DNA of 64,000 nt from Oceanispirochaeta sp. (GTDB taxonomy: Bacteria > Spirochaetota > Spirochaetia > DSM-2461): contig CAXXQW010000006.1 in NCBI GenBank assembly GCA_963677615.2, positions 33,520 through 97,519 of the forward strand. The letters run 5' to 3'. The translations under genes were made by a program, and so were the position numbers. This document shows positions 10,246-19,834 of the stretch, in pieces; the first letter of the stretch is position 1, and every line of letters starts with the position of its first letter. The notes below the pieces were generated by a model. The model was given only the letters and a program-made list of their open reading frames with translations. It searched no databases and was not told the origin of the DNA.

Positions 10246-12054
10246 TTAAATTAATGCGGGAAGCAAGATACAACTAGGATAATCCCCTCCGTACATAAGG
10301 GTATTAAAGGTTATGCAATCTTCTTCCTGTAAAGACCATATTTCATCATGATTCCTGTGAATATTGTACATGGGAAAATTCGAGGAGCTGATATCAACTC
10401 GGATTGTACTTCCAGCAGAGACTTTCCAGGCAACCGGCCACATCTCTATTTTTAATTGAGTGACATCATGAGGGGTGTACTCTCTTGCCATTCCATTTCC
10501 AGCTCTAAATCTGATAGTTGAAATGCCATCGCATATGTTAAAATACTGTCCTTGAATCTCTTCCATTATCTTTACGGCAATACATGTATCGGGTGCATCA
10601 GAACTGACATTAAGTAGCACCTTGATATTCCCGACAAGATCAATATCCTCTTCAAAAGGCTTCGATATAAATGTTACAACGTCATCTCTGAACTCCGGCT
10701 CCGGCTGCAGCACACATCCATGTTTCGCTCCTTTGAAATCAGGATTTATCCATGCTAAAAGAGCGCTTCCTCCAATAGTATGAACCGGGTTGGAAGAGTC
10801 ATACACAAATTCCCTGGTATATGTATTCTCAGGAGCTACCTCTCTTAAAATGCCAATTCTATTATTTACCAGATTCTCTGAATCTAAATAAAGACACTTT
10901 TGTTCAGCATCAACCGGCCACTTATCATGGGCTATCCATTTTCCGCTGTTTACCAGATAGGTTTCCACATTTCCGACTTCATGAGGATAGTTTTCACCCT
11001 TCAACTGAAAATCAAACCATTCAATAGCTTCCCTGACACAGAATGTACTCAAAGCAATTTTCCCTGCAAAACCCTTATCTCCAGGAGTTTTGAATGAATG
11101 ATCCCAGGGACCGATAAGAAAGCGGCTTTTATTCCTGATGGATTGGGGAAGATTGTTATATGCCTCACACATTCCATCAAGATGATGGTCAAACCAGCCG
11201 GCAATCATGTGAACTGGAATACTTATTTTCGAAGGGACTTTCTGGAGATCATACCAAAGACCGGAACTCCACAAATCCGAATCGACTGATGGATTGGTTA
11301 CCCAGTCCCGGTACCAGGATATTTCAGTATTGAACAGATTATAATCCATCTCTATATGGGGTTTAACTTTTAATGCTTCCTGGTAAAGATCTCCCGGATT
11401 CTTTTCTGTTGTAATCCCTGAATTTTCAACAGCCCACATGGTATAGATTTCATGACGGAACATACCACCCATATACATTTGGCGATACCGCTCTGTTCCC
11501 GCAACAGTAAAAAACAGGGTTTTTACTTCCACTGGTACAGCATCAGCCATCAACCACTGATTGATTGAAAGATAGGATGGACCGAACATTGCAATTCTAT
11601 TCTGGCTCCAGGGCTGTGCCTTTATCCATTCGATAGCAAGAAGTCCATCGTTACGCTCATTGACAAAGGGAATCCACTCTCCTTTTGAAGATCCAGTACC
11701 CCGACAATCCTGTACAACGACAACATACCCGTACATAGCCATTAATGAAGCAGCACAGAACAATTGTATTCCCGTTGACAAAGCAGAATAGGGAGATCGA
11801 ATAAGAATAACCGGGTATTCCTTTTCGAAGTTGGGCGAAATAACCTCGGTAAAAAGGGTTACATCTTCATCCACGTCTACCATAAAGGATCGTGAAACAA
11901 CACTTCGGTTTGTAACTTCCTGGTTTTCAAATATCATGTCATTTATTACAGAGCGGTTAGTTTCATCAATATTATCAGGAATGAGTTCGGTATAATTGAT
12001 TATTCTCTCCGCATCGTATTCACAATCCATACTGATTTTCACCTTTCTTTTCAA
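10246..12054 (-). CDS. CocE/NonD family serine hydrolase, copy 2
   Basis: RSPY, CRGTGSSKG, GPSY, GWFDHH, GPWDH, RVDISSSNFP. No signal peptide. Confidence 0.9.
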   Translation of the reverse strand: MKRKVKISMDCEYDAERIINYTELIPDNIDETNRSVINDMIFENQEVTNRSVVSRSFMVDVDEDVTLFTEVISPNFEKEYPVILIRSPYSALSTGIQLFCAASLMAMYGYVVVVQDCRGTGSSKGEWIPFVNERNDGLLAIEWIKAQPWSQNRIAMFGPSYLSINQWLMADAVPVEVKTLFFTVAGTERYRQMYMGGMFRHEIYTMWAVENSGITTEKNPGDLYQEALKVKPHIEMDYNLFNTEISWYRDWVTNPSVDSDLWSSGLWYDLQKVPSKISIPVHMIAGWFDHHLDGMCEAYNNLPQSIRNKSRFLIGPWDHSFKTPGDKGFAGKIALSTFCVREAIEWFDFQLKGENYPHEVGNVETYLVNSGKWIAHDKWPVDAEQKCLYLDSENLVNNRIGILREVAPENTYTREFVYDSSNPVHTIGGSALLAWINPDFKGAKHGCVLQPEPEFRDDVVTFISKPFEEDIDLVGNIKVLLNVSSDAPDTCIAVKIMEEIQGQYFNICDGISTIRFRAGNGMAREYTPHDVTQLKIEMWPVAWKVSAGSTIRVDISSSNFPMYNIHRNHDEIWSLQEEDCITFNTLMYGGDYPSCILLPALI

Positions 12055-12368
12055 TCAGTTTCAATTTCCATATCAAGAATTGCTGAACTTAAGGTTTTCC
12101 CATGCATATCAATCGATAAAGAACGAGTAACTCCCCCTCCCAGAGCATTGTCCATCACAAAGTTCAAAGCGCCAAGCTGAGGTAGTTCATATCGGACAAC
12201 CTCACCAAAAACTATTCCGGAAAACCAATCCCTCACCCTTTCCGCTGTAACATATTTTTCCAGGATTCCGTAATCTTTCATATCATATGCAATGACTGAA
12301 ATATTAGAGATATTACCTTTGTCTCCTGCTCTCGTATGAGCAACTTCGCGTAACTTTACCATATTCAT
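12051..12368 (-). CDS. small AtuA C-terminal-domain-like protein
   Basis: VAHTRAGDKGN.SNISVIA...V.RYELP.LGALNFV...LGGG...SL.ID.HGK.LS. Overlaps both neighbours by 4 nt. Confidence 0.8.
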   Translation of the reverse strand: MNMVKLREVAHTRAGDKGNISNISVIAYDMKDYGILEKYVTAERVRDWFSGIVFGEVVRYELPQLGALNFVMDNALGGGVTRSLSIDMHGKTLSSAILDMEIETD

Positions 12369-13735
12369 GTTCTCTCAAAATGTACTTTAATCTCTGCGTC
12401 AGATTCAGGAATAAAAATCGAGACAACAGAGATTTGTTCTTTGGTTGACGAGCGAAAACCACCGCCTGCGGCAGGTCCATTGAGATATAAAGTTTCTACT
12501 TCTCTGGCAACTGCTTCGGCAGAATCCTTTTCAGCTGTATTGGCTATTATTCGAACACGGATTTCAGAAAACCGCTTTTCAGCGCCCAGCAACTTATCAC
12601 TTAATTCATCACCATATAGAGAATTAAGACCTATATAATCAAATTTAAGTCCTTCAATTGGAAGTTTCAGACGTTTAAAACGTTTTTCTAGTATTTCTAC
12701 TGCAAGCCTGGCCCGATCAAGAGCACCGGGCCCGCCGTAACTGAATTCGCTCTCACTAACATAGCAGTCCCGGTATCCGATACTGACTTTCAACTTTCCT
12801 GTTGAAGGATGGCCAGATCCATTGGAGACTTTTACCCGGTTTTTACCAACCTCTTCAACGACCACCTGTGAAAAATCAGCTATTCCATCTGGGGTAATAT
12901 ATGCATGTGGATCATGGAGTTCATAGAGGATCTGTTCTGTACATGTGGCACGGTTTACAACCCCGCCTGCTTCATCAAGCTTACTAATCTCAATGGTCCC
13001 ATCGGGAGAGATTTCCCCAATCGGAAATCCAACATTCCATAAATCTGGAACATCTTTGTACCCAGGATCCGCGAAATACCCCCCTGTGACCTGTGCTCCG
13101 CATTCAAGGAGGTGCCCTGCAAGGATTCCCTTCCCAATCAATTCAAAATCATCAGTCTGCCAGCCGAACTCATGAATAATTGGAGCAAGTACCAATGCAG
13201 GATCTGAAACCCTTCCGCAGATAACAATATCAGCTCCGCTGTTGAGTGCTTTTACAATTCCTGAAGATCCAATGTAAGCATTTGCAGAAACAATTTCTTT
13301 ATTAAGTTCCCGCAGGGTTCCCCCTGTCTCCAGAACCTCGTTATCCAAATATTTATCAATTTTATCAGAAATGGAATCACCTGTAACATAGGCTATTTTC
13401 ATTCCATTAAATCCCAACTTCCTTGCCAGTTCAGATACTACATGAGCAGCGGATTTTGGATTAGCAGCACCCATATTGGTAATAACTTTAATTCCTGAAA
13501 TATGGCAAAGGGGGAGAACCTGCTCCATTCGGGCTACCAGCAGTTCATTATACCCCTTTTCAGGATCCTTCAATTTATCCTTCTGTGCCAGGGCTATTGT
13601 TCTTTCTGCCAGACATTCAAAGATAATGTAGTCAAGATTTCCTTTTTCCATAAGCTGAATAGCAGGATCTATCCGGTCACCGCCATATCCAGCTCCGGTA
13701 CCAATCCTCAGGCTTGAAGACTTTTTTTCTATCAT
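12365..13735 (-). CDS. acyclic terpene utilisation AtuA family protein (DUF1446)
   Basis: RIGTGAGYGGDR, ECLAERT, NAYIG, GRVSDPAL, GHLLECGAQVTGG, EQILYELHDP..YITPD, LNGPAAGGG. Confidence 0.9.
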   Translation of the reverse strand: MIEKKSSSLRIGTGAGYGGDRIDPAIQLMEKGNLDYIIFECLAERTIALAQKDKLKDPEKGYNELLVARMEQVLPLCHISGIKVITNMGAANPKSAAHVVSELARKLGFNGMKIAYVTGDSISDKIDKYLDNEVLETGGTLRELNKEIVSANAYIGSSGIVKALNSGADIVICGRVSDPALVLAPIIHEFGWQTDDFELIGKGILAGHLLECGAQVTGGYFADPGYKDVPDLWNVGFPIGEISPDGTIEISKLDEAGGVVNRATCTEQILYELHDPHAYITPDGIADFSQVVVEEVGKNRVKVSNGSGHPSTGKLKVSIGYRDCYVSESEFSYGGPGALDRARLAVEILEKRFKRLKLPIEGLKFDYIGLNSLYGDELSDKLLGAEKRFSEIRVRIIANTAEKDSAEAVAREVETLYLNGPAAGGGFRSSTKEQISVVSIFIPESDAEIKVHFERT

Positions 13736-13745
13736 ACCAAAACTT

Positions 13746-13762
13746 ATGCAATGTTCGTGCCA
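13746..13762 (-). promoter_or_regulatory. sigma54 (-24/-12) promoter of the atuA...dpe operon
   Basis: Minus strand reads TGGCAC-GAACA-TTGCAT, matching consensus TGGCAC-N5-TTGC(A/T). An adjacent gene encodes a GAFTGA activator. Confidence 0.9.
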
Positions 13763-13888
13763 GCTATCAAATTTATATGTTTTTTTTCATTAGATGTAAA
13801 ATTACCCTTTTAAAAAAGAGATCAAACATCCAGTTTTTTTAGTAATCGAGAAAATACGGTACGTTCAGGAATAAGATATTTTACAAAT

Positions 13889-13937
13889 TTCTAATTTTCT
13901 GGAAAAATCAAGCTTCTAAATTTCTAAAATTTTAGAA
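13889..13937. promoter_or_regulatory. candidate upstream activator sequences (bEBP binding sites)
   Basis: Perfect palindrome TTCTAAAATTTTAGAA (13922-13937) and imperfect copy TTCTAATTTTCTGGAA (13889-13904), 33 bp apart and about 130-175 bp upstream of the -24 element. Confidence 0.6.
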
Positions 13938-14078
13938 TTTCATTATTGTAAGTCACCATCATAGGAAACAACAGGTATTCTCATTTTAAAATTTTGAATA
14001 CAATTATAGCTCCTGGTATAATTATGTACCAATTTCTGAGAATTGATCTAAAGTCTTTATTAAGAGTTCTGAAAAAGA

Positions 14079-15428
14079 TTAAGGATTTGCTTTTTTTAGT
14101 TTATTGTAGAGTGATGCCAAAGAAATCCCCAGGGCTTTTGCAACTTCTTTCTTTCCTTCAACAGAATTTCCATATTTTTCAAGGGCTTGTGCAATCAACT
14201 TATGTTCTGCCTGATCTACTATCTTTGAAAGTGGCTGCAAACCTGTATCATGTTTTTCCTGAATAATATCTTTAATAGATTTGGGAAGATGGTTTAATTC
14301 TATTATTTCATCTTCACACATCATATAGCTGTATTCAATAGCATTCTTCAATTCTCTGATATTTCCAGGCCAAACATATTTCCTGAATATGTTCAGCACT
14401 TCTTCAGATATAACCTTGTCTGTTTTTTCAACACAATTCAATTCAGAAAGAAAATAATTCACGAGATGTTCGATATCTCCGGTACGCTCTCTGAGGGGAT
14501 TCAGATTAATTCCGAATACACAAAGACGGTAGTATAGATCTGCTCTGAATTCTTTTTTTGATATAAGCTCTGGAATATCCTTATTAGTTGCAGCAATGAC
14601 ACGAACATCAATTGGAATTTCCCTGGCACCACCGACAGGACGAATAGCCTTTTCCTGAAGGGCCCTGAGAAGTTTAGCCTGGATTTTGCAATCCATCTCA
14701 GTGACTTCATCCAAAAAAACGGTTCCCCCATTAGCTTCTTTAAATAAGCCCGTTTTACCGCCTTTTTTAGCGCCCGTAAATGCCCCATCCTGATATCCAA
14801 ACAACTCACTTTCCAATAAAGAGTTATCCAGGGTGGCACAGTTTACCGGAATAAAAGGACTATCCCTTCTGCTGCTTTCATTATGTATGGAATGGGCATA
14901 AAGCTCTTTACCAGTTCCACTTTCTCCGAAAATGAGAACATTTATATCTTTGTGGGCAATTTTCTTTGCAAGATTAATATTATCAAGGGATTTTTGATCT
15001 GTATAAATGATATCATCAAAAGTATACCTGGCACCTTTCAATTTTCTGACCTTGGCTTCAAGGTCTTTTATTATCATTCCGGATCTTTTAAGTTTTTTTG
15101 TAAGCTTCCCTATATCACTGATATCATTTAATAATGAAATACCACCTGTTATCTTCTCATTCTCAATTATAGGTACCATATTCACAATATACTCACGATC
15201 TCCAACTTTACGATGGACACCTAATAGTTGCTCACCTGTTTGCAGAACAGTCTGTAGTTTACTTCCGGGTCTTACTGACAGAGGTTTTCCAACAATATCA
15301 TCAAATGCAACAGAAGTGATTTTAGAATAGGATTTATTCACATAACGAACAATCGAATTGGAATCTACAATGAGGATTCCATCGTATAATGAGTCAAGAA
15401 TAACTTTTACTAAACTAGTAATTTCCAT
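14079..15428 (-). CDS. sigma54-dependent enhancer-binding activator (PAS-AAA+-Fis HTH)
   Basis: N-terminal PAS (ILDSLYDGILIVD), GESGTGKE, GAFTGA, FLDEV, FRADLYYRL, WPGNIREL, C-terminal ALGISLASLYNKL. Confidence 0.95.
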   Translation of the reverse strand: MEITSLVKVILDSLYDGILIVDSNSIVRYVNKSYSKITSVAFDDIVGKPLSVRPGSKLQTVLQTGEQLLGVHRKVGDREYIVNMVPIIENEKITGGISLLNDISDIGKLTKKLKRSGMIIKDLEAKVRKLKGARYTFDDIIYTDQKSLDNINLAKKIAHKDINVLIFGESGTGKELYAHSIHNESSRRDSPFIPVNCATLDNSLLESELFGYQDGAFTGAKKGGKTGLFKEANGGTVFLDEVTEMDCKIQAKLLRALQEKAIRPVGGAREIPIDVRVIAATNKDIPELISKKEFRADLYYRLCVFGINLNPLRERTGDIEHLVNYFLSELNCVEKTDKVISEEVLNIFRKYVWPGNIRELKNAIEYSYMMCEDEIIELNHLPKSIKDIIQEKHDTGLQPLSKIVDQAEHKLIAQALEKYGNSVEGKKEVAKALGISLASLYNKLKKANP

Positions 15429-15776
15429 ATCAATTTGTCTTTTCTTTCATATTAAAAACGCCTAATCAGGATAAATCTTGTGATTTTCATTTGTCAATGT
15501 TGATTATCACTTGAAAAGACTTTCTACATTCTGCTTTTGAACTTCATCTCTGCGCAAGAAGTATTGGCACATTTTACATCTTTGATAACCCGTTGTAAAT
15601 GATTAATACATGATTAAGATATTGTACTACAAAGTTTGGTTTTACCCATATCCATTATTCTCTTCTTGAATGGTCAATATCTACCATCTACACTCAGGCA
15701 ATTTAAATTAGATCCCCCTTGATTGGGCAATTTCTCTTTCAGGAGACCGGGTTTGGGAACTCAGATGGGCAATCAT

Positions 15777-15815
15777 AAAAGGCGGCCCCGGATAAGGAGG
15801 AGAAACCGGGGCCGC
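15777..15815 (-). terminator. rho-independent terminator after the fused E1 gene
   Basis: GCGGCCCCGG...CCGGGGCCGC hairpin followed by TTTT on the minus strand. Confidence 0.75.
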
Positions 15816-15865
15816 AACAACACAAATCTATTCTAAAAAGGTATTGGTCTATCTGTTACCGGAAA

Positions 15866-18325
15866 TCAAACTCCCTCCCTGAGGCGTCTCATCCAGTCAC
15901 CGTTTGTCTGAACGGTTTCCACCTTATGCCCTGCCAGCGGCATAATCTGCTCATGAATGGCATCTACAATCCACGAAACCTGGGGAAAGTAGATCTCTTC
16001 CATTTCTGCAGGAGGGGAAATCCAGTTTCTGGAGCCCACGACCACAGGAGGAGCATCCAGATAGTCAAAGGCCAAACGGGTCAGATTGGAGGCGATATTA
16101 TGGGTAAAGGCACCTTTTTCCACGGCATCTGATACGAGGATGCAGCGGCCTGTTTTTTTCAGGGACTCTACCAGGGGTTCATAATTCAGAGGAGTCAAGA
16201 ACCTCAGGTCGATCACTTCCACAGAAAGACCGTATTTTTCTTCCAGCACTTTAGCTGCATCCATGGCGGGATACAGGGTGGCTCCAATAGACATGATAGT
16301 CAGATCGTTCCCCTCTTTCCGGATAGCAGGTTCCCCTTCAGGAACTTCATAGTACCCTTCGGGAACACCTTCTTTCTCAAAAAGTTCGGCTTCGCCGTAG
16401 ATTTTCTGGCTTTCCAGAAAGATCACCGGATCGGTTCCTCTCAGGGCCAGGTTAAGCATACCTTTGGCATCGTAGGGAGTCGCAGGGAACATAACCTTCA
16501 ATCCGGGGATATGGGAAACAATAGCCGACCAGTCCTGGGAGTGCTGTGCTCCGTATTTGGCACCGACAGAGACTCTCAGCACCAGAGGCATCTTCAGAAC
16601 ACCTGCGGACATGGACTGCCACTTGGGCATCTGGTTGAAGACTTCGTCTCCCGCCCTACCCAGGAAGTCACAGTACATAAGCTCTACAACGGCACGGCCG
16701 CCGGCCATGGCGTATCCCACAGCAGAACCGACAATGGACGCTTCTGATATGGGAGAGTTAAAAAATCTATGGTAGGGCAGCAGCTCTGTCAAACCTCTGT
16801 AACAGGCGAACGCTCCGCCCCAGTCCCTGACATCTTCACCGTAGGCAATCATGGTGGGATCTTCTGCAAAGCGGTGAGCCATGGCTTCAAAAATACCGTC
16901 ACGGAAAGCATAGGTTTTGGAAGCAGGCAGTTTTTTGCCGTTTTCGTCATAGCCGTACCTGGCTTTCCTTTTCAACTGTTTCACACGGGGGTTCTCTTCC
17001 AGAGGCTGAAGGAGTTCGGCTTCCCTGTCTTCCATTTTGGGAACATTACCGCCCGAAAACATAACAGATTCAATGAACTGCCCGTCCACATGGGGGCTGA
17101 TGGCATCATCGATGGCAATTTTCATGGTAGTCGTTATTTTTTCAACAACCGTCTCTTTCATGGCGTCCAGCTCTTTCTGGGTTGCCACTTTGCCGGCTTT
17201 CAGATATTCACCGAACTCCACGATGCAGTCCATATTGGTAAAAGCATCGATCTCTTCTTTTGTTCTGTAGGAAGAAGCATCTGAAGGAGAGTGTCCGGAG
17301 AGCCTGTAGGTAATGGTATCCAGAAGGGCAGGACCCTGACCTTTCAGAAGGATCTCTTTCTTTCTGGCAGTTGCTTCCGCAACAGCCAGGGGATTGAATC
17401 CGTCAACTCTTTCGGCATGCATATTCTCTTCGTTAACACCGGCACCGAGACGGGCGGCAACACCGAATCCCATGGTTTCTCCCACAGGTTGTCCGCCCAT
17501 GGCGTAGAAGTTGTTAAAAACATTCAGCAGGTAAGGGGGCATACCACCCAGATCCTTGTCCCAGAGGGTCTTGTACTGATCCATGGCAGCCATCATCAGT
17601 CCTTCCCACACAGGGCCGCAGGCAAGAGATCCGTCACCGATATTGGCAATGACAATACCGTTTTTCCGGTTCACCCTTTTAAAGAGAGCCGCACCCAGAG
17701 CGATATCACCGGAACCACCGACAATAGCGTTATTGGGCATACTGCCGAAGGGAGCAAAGAAAGTGTGCATGGATCCGCCGAGCCCCCGGCTGAATCCGGC
17801 TCTTCTGGCAAAGATTTCCGCCAGAGCACCGTAGAGAACAAAGTTTTCTGCAGTATCCCGGACAGAGCTGCCATTATGATGATCCTGGACAACTTTCAGA
17901 GTATCACCGTCCATAAAGGATTCCATAACAGAAGTCAGATCTTTTTCTTCCATGGCATGAACAGCTTTGAAACATTTGGCCAGAATCTCACCATGAGAGC
18001 GGTGGGATCCGAAGATAAAATCGTCCGTATCCAGAGCCAGAGCCTGCCCGACATAGGCTGATTCCTGACCAATCGCCAGGTGAGCGGGACCTTTGTGGTT
18101 ATACTCTATTCCCTGGTAATGTCCCTCTTTTTTGATGGAGTTCAGCATGGATTCGAATTCCCGGATAATGAGCATGTCGTAATAAGCCTGCTTCAACCCG
18201 TCTTTTCCATACTTTTTGATCTCTTCCTTGATATCTCCCTTGTACTGGTTTACAGGAATATCTTTCAGTTTGATCACTTTGGATTCTCTGATCTTTTTAG
18301 GATCTACCGTAATCTGCTGTGCCAT
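15866..18325 (-). CDS. fused E1 alpha-beta subunit of a 2-oxoacid/acetoin dehydrogenase complex (ThDP-dependent)
   Basis: HLAIGQE, HRSHG, GGSMH, GDG...NN ThDP motif, YRLSGHS (alpha half); GEDV, SPISE, GAQHSQ, VIDLR.L.PL (beta half). Confidence 0.9.
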   Translation of the reverse strand: MAQQITVDPKKIRESKVIKLKDIPVNQYKGDIKEEIKKYGKDGLKQAYYDMLIIREFESMLNSIKKEGHYQGIEYNHKGPAHLAIGQESAYVGQALALDTDDFIFGSHRSHGEILAKCFKAVHAMEEKDLTSVMESFMDGDTLKVVQDHHNGSSVRDTAENFVLYGALAEIFARRAGFSRGLGGSMHTFFAPFGSMPNNAIVGGSGDIALGAALFKRVNRKNGIVIANIGDGSLACGPVWEGLMMAAMDQYKTLWDKDLGGMPPYLLNVFNNFYAMGGQPVGETMGFGVAARLGAGVNEENMHAERVDGFNPLAVAEATARKKEILLKGQGPALLDTITYRLSGHSPSDASSYRTKEEIDAFTNMDCIVEFGEYLKAGKVATQKELDAMKETVVEKITTTMKIAIDDAISPHVDGQFIESVMFSGGNVPKMEDREAELLQPLEENPRVKQLKRKARYGYDENGKKLPASKTYAFRDGIFEAMAHRFAEDPTMIAYGEDVRDWGGAFACYRGLTELLPYHRFFNSPISEASIVGSAVGYAMAGGRAVVELMYCDFLGRAGDEVFNQMPKWQSMSAGVLKMPLVLRVSVGAKYGAQHSQDWSAIVSHIPGLKVMFPATPYDAKGMLNLALRGTDPVIFLESQKIYGEAELFEKEGVPEGYYEVPEGEPAIRKEGNDLTIMSIGATLYPAMDAAKVLEEKYGLSVEVIDLRFLTPLNYEPLVESLKKTGRCILVSDAVEKGAFTHNIASNLTRLAFDYLDAPPVVVGSRNWISPPAEMEEIYFPQVSWIVDAIHEQIMPLAGHKVETVQTNGDWMRRLREGV

Positions 18326-18485
18326 TTAAATATCTCCTTTGGCCGGTGGGCCGCTTATTTTTTTTGTTGTAACGTATCTGAATTCTTGTCGTTATGGCTT
18401 AAAGATTTGATCCGGAGACAAGGCAGAAAACGCGGAGCGTACGAAGGTACGTGAGCATTTTCAACGCAGAATCCGGATCAAAGAT

Positions 18486-19823
18486 TCAGTCTATCTCCCA
18501 CAAAGCGTCTTTTATGATTTCTGAAATAGAGGGATGGGGAAAAATAATCTCCTTCACATCCTGTACCCTCAGTTCCATCTCCAGCATAGCCGCTGCGCTA
18601 TGAATAATCTCCGAGCTGTAGGATCCCAGCAGATGGACTCCCAGAATTTCACCCGTATCTGCATCCGCCACTACTTTGCACATACCAGGGGCTTTCTTTC
18701 CCTGCTCTGCCAGAAAACGGCCGTTGGCCCGCATCTGAATGACACCGGTTTTGACATGATACCCCTGTGCTTTGGCATCTTTTTCGGTTAAGCCGCATCC
18801 GGCGGCTTCCGGTTCGGTATAGAGAGCCCAGGGAACAGCGCTGTAACGCATCCGGTCCTGTTTTCCCAAAATGGAATTGACTGCGACTTCTGCCATCCGG
18901 GATGCCGAATGGGCCAGAAGGGATTTTCCGTTTACATCCCCGATGGCATAGATTCCGGGAAGGTTGGTTCTCATCTGCTCATCTACCCGGATTCCCTGGG
19001 GAGCCACATCCAGCCCGATCTTTTCCAGTCCCATGGTAATGGGTCGCCGGCCGACTGCCATAAGAACCATATCTGCATCCAGTGCCGTTTCTGCTCCGTC
19101 TTTTTCAAAATAGACTTTCTTCTCATCGATTTTTGTCACTTTGGCCTTCAGGTGGAAATCCACCTTATCCAGACTCTTGCGTAGTGTGACAGAAAAATCG
19201 GCATCCATCAGAGGTATGATTTCCTCCATCATTTCCACAACCGAAACTTTGACTCCGATGTTGCTGAAAAAAGAGGCAAACTCCACACCGATAACACCTC
19301 CGCCGATGACAACCAGGTTTTCAGGAATCCTCTCAACATTCAGGATTCCCTTGTTGTCCAGTACATGGGGAAGGTCCGAACCGGGAATGGGAGGGACAAA
19401 AGCGGTGGATCCGGTAGCAATAATCAGATTATCAAAACCGTAGCTTTTACCATCGGCCACCACCGTATCGGTTGCTGTAACTTCCGCTTCGGCCATTACC
19501 ACATCCACTTTGTTTTTCTTCATAAGAAAAGCGATCCCTTTCCGCAGGGTATCGATGGTATCCTGCTTGTGGGCCATGGCTTTTTCCAGGCTGAACTGTA
19601 CGTTTTCGGCGGTTACACCGAAGGATTCGCTGGATTTGGCTTTTTTATAGAGCTTGGATGAGTTTAATAGGCTTTTGGTAGGAATACAGCCCCAGTTGGT
19701 ACAAACACCACCCAGGTTTTCTTTTTCAATAAGAAGGACTTTCAATCCTTCATGACCGGCTCTTTCGGCGGCGATATAGCCGCCCGGTCCGGCTCCGATG
19801 ACAATCAGATCGTATTTTTCCAT
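18486..19823 (-). CDS. lpdA: dihydrolipoyl dehydrogenase (E3)
   Basis: GAGPGG, GGVCTNWGCIPTK redox disulfide, GGGVIG, AIGDV, HPSISE. Confidence 0.97.
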   Translation of the reverse strand: MEKYDLIVIGAGPGGYIAAERAGHEGLKVLLIEKENLGGVCTNWGCIPTKSLLNSSKLYKKAKSSESFGVTAENVQFSLEKAMAHKQDTIDTLRKGIAFLMKKNKVDVVMAEAEVTATDTVVADGKSYGFDNLIIATGSTAFVPPIPGSDLPHVLDNKGILNVERIPENLVVIGGGVIGVEFASFFSNIGVKVSVVEMMEEIIPLMDADFSVTLRKSLDKVDFHLKAKVTKIDEKKVYFEKDGAETALDADMVLMAVGRRPITMGLEKIGLDVAPQGIRVDEQMRTNLPGIYAIGDVNGKSLLAHSASRMAEVAVNSILGKQDRMRYSAVPWALYTEPEAAGCGLTEKDAKAQGYHVKTGVIQMRANGRFLAEQGKKAPGMCKVVADADTGEILGVHLLGSYSSEIIHSAAAMLEMELRVQDVKEIIFPHPSISEIIKDALWEID

Positions 19824-19834
19824 AATTTCCTTCC

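Noticed and set aside
12051-13735. Interpreting the island as an acyclic terpene (citronellol/geraniol) degradation cluster
   Set aside because: Only AtuA-like genes are present; the geranyl-CoA carboxylase, dehydrogenases and hydratase of the atu pathway are absent from the window.
15565-15580. TGGCAC on the + strand as a second sigma54 promoter
   Set aside because: No TTGC at -12 (reads ATTTT-ACAT), and no + strand gene follows.
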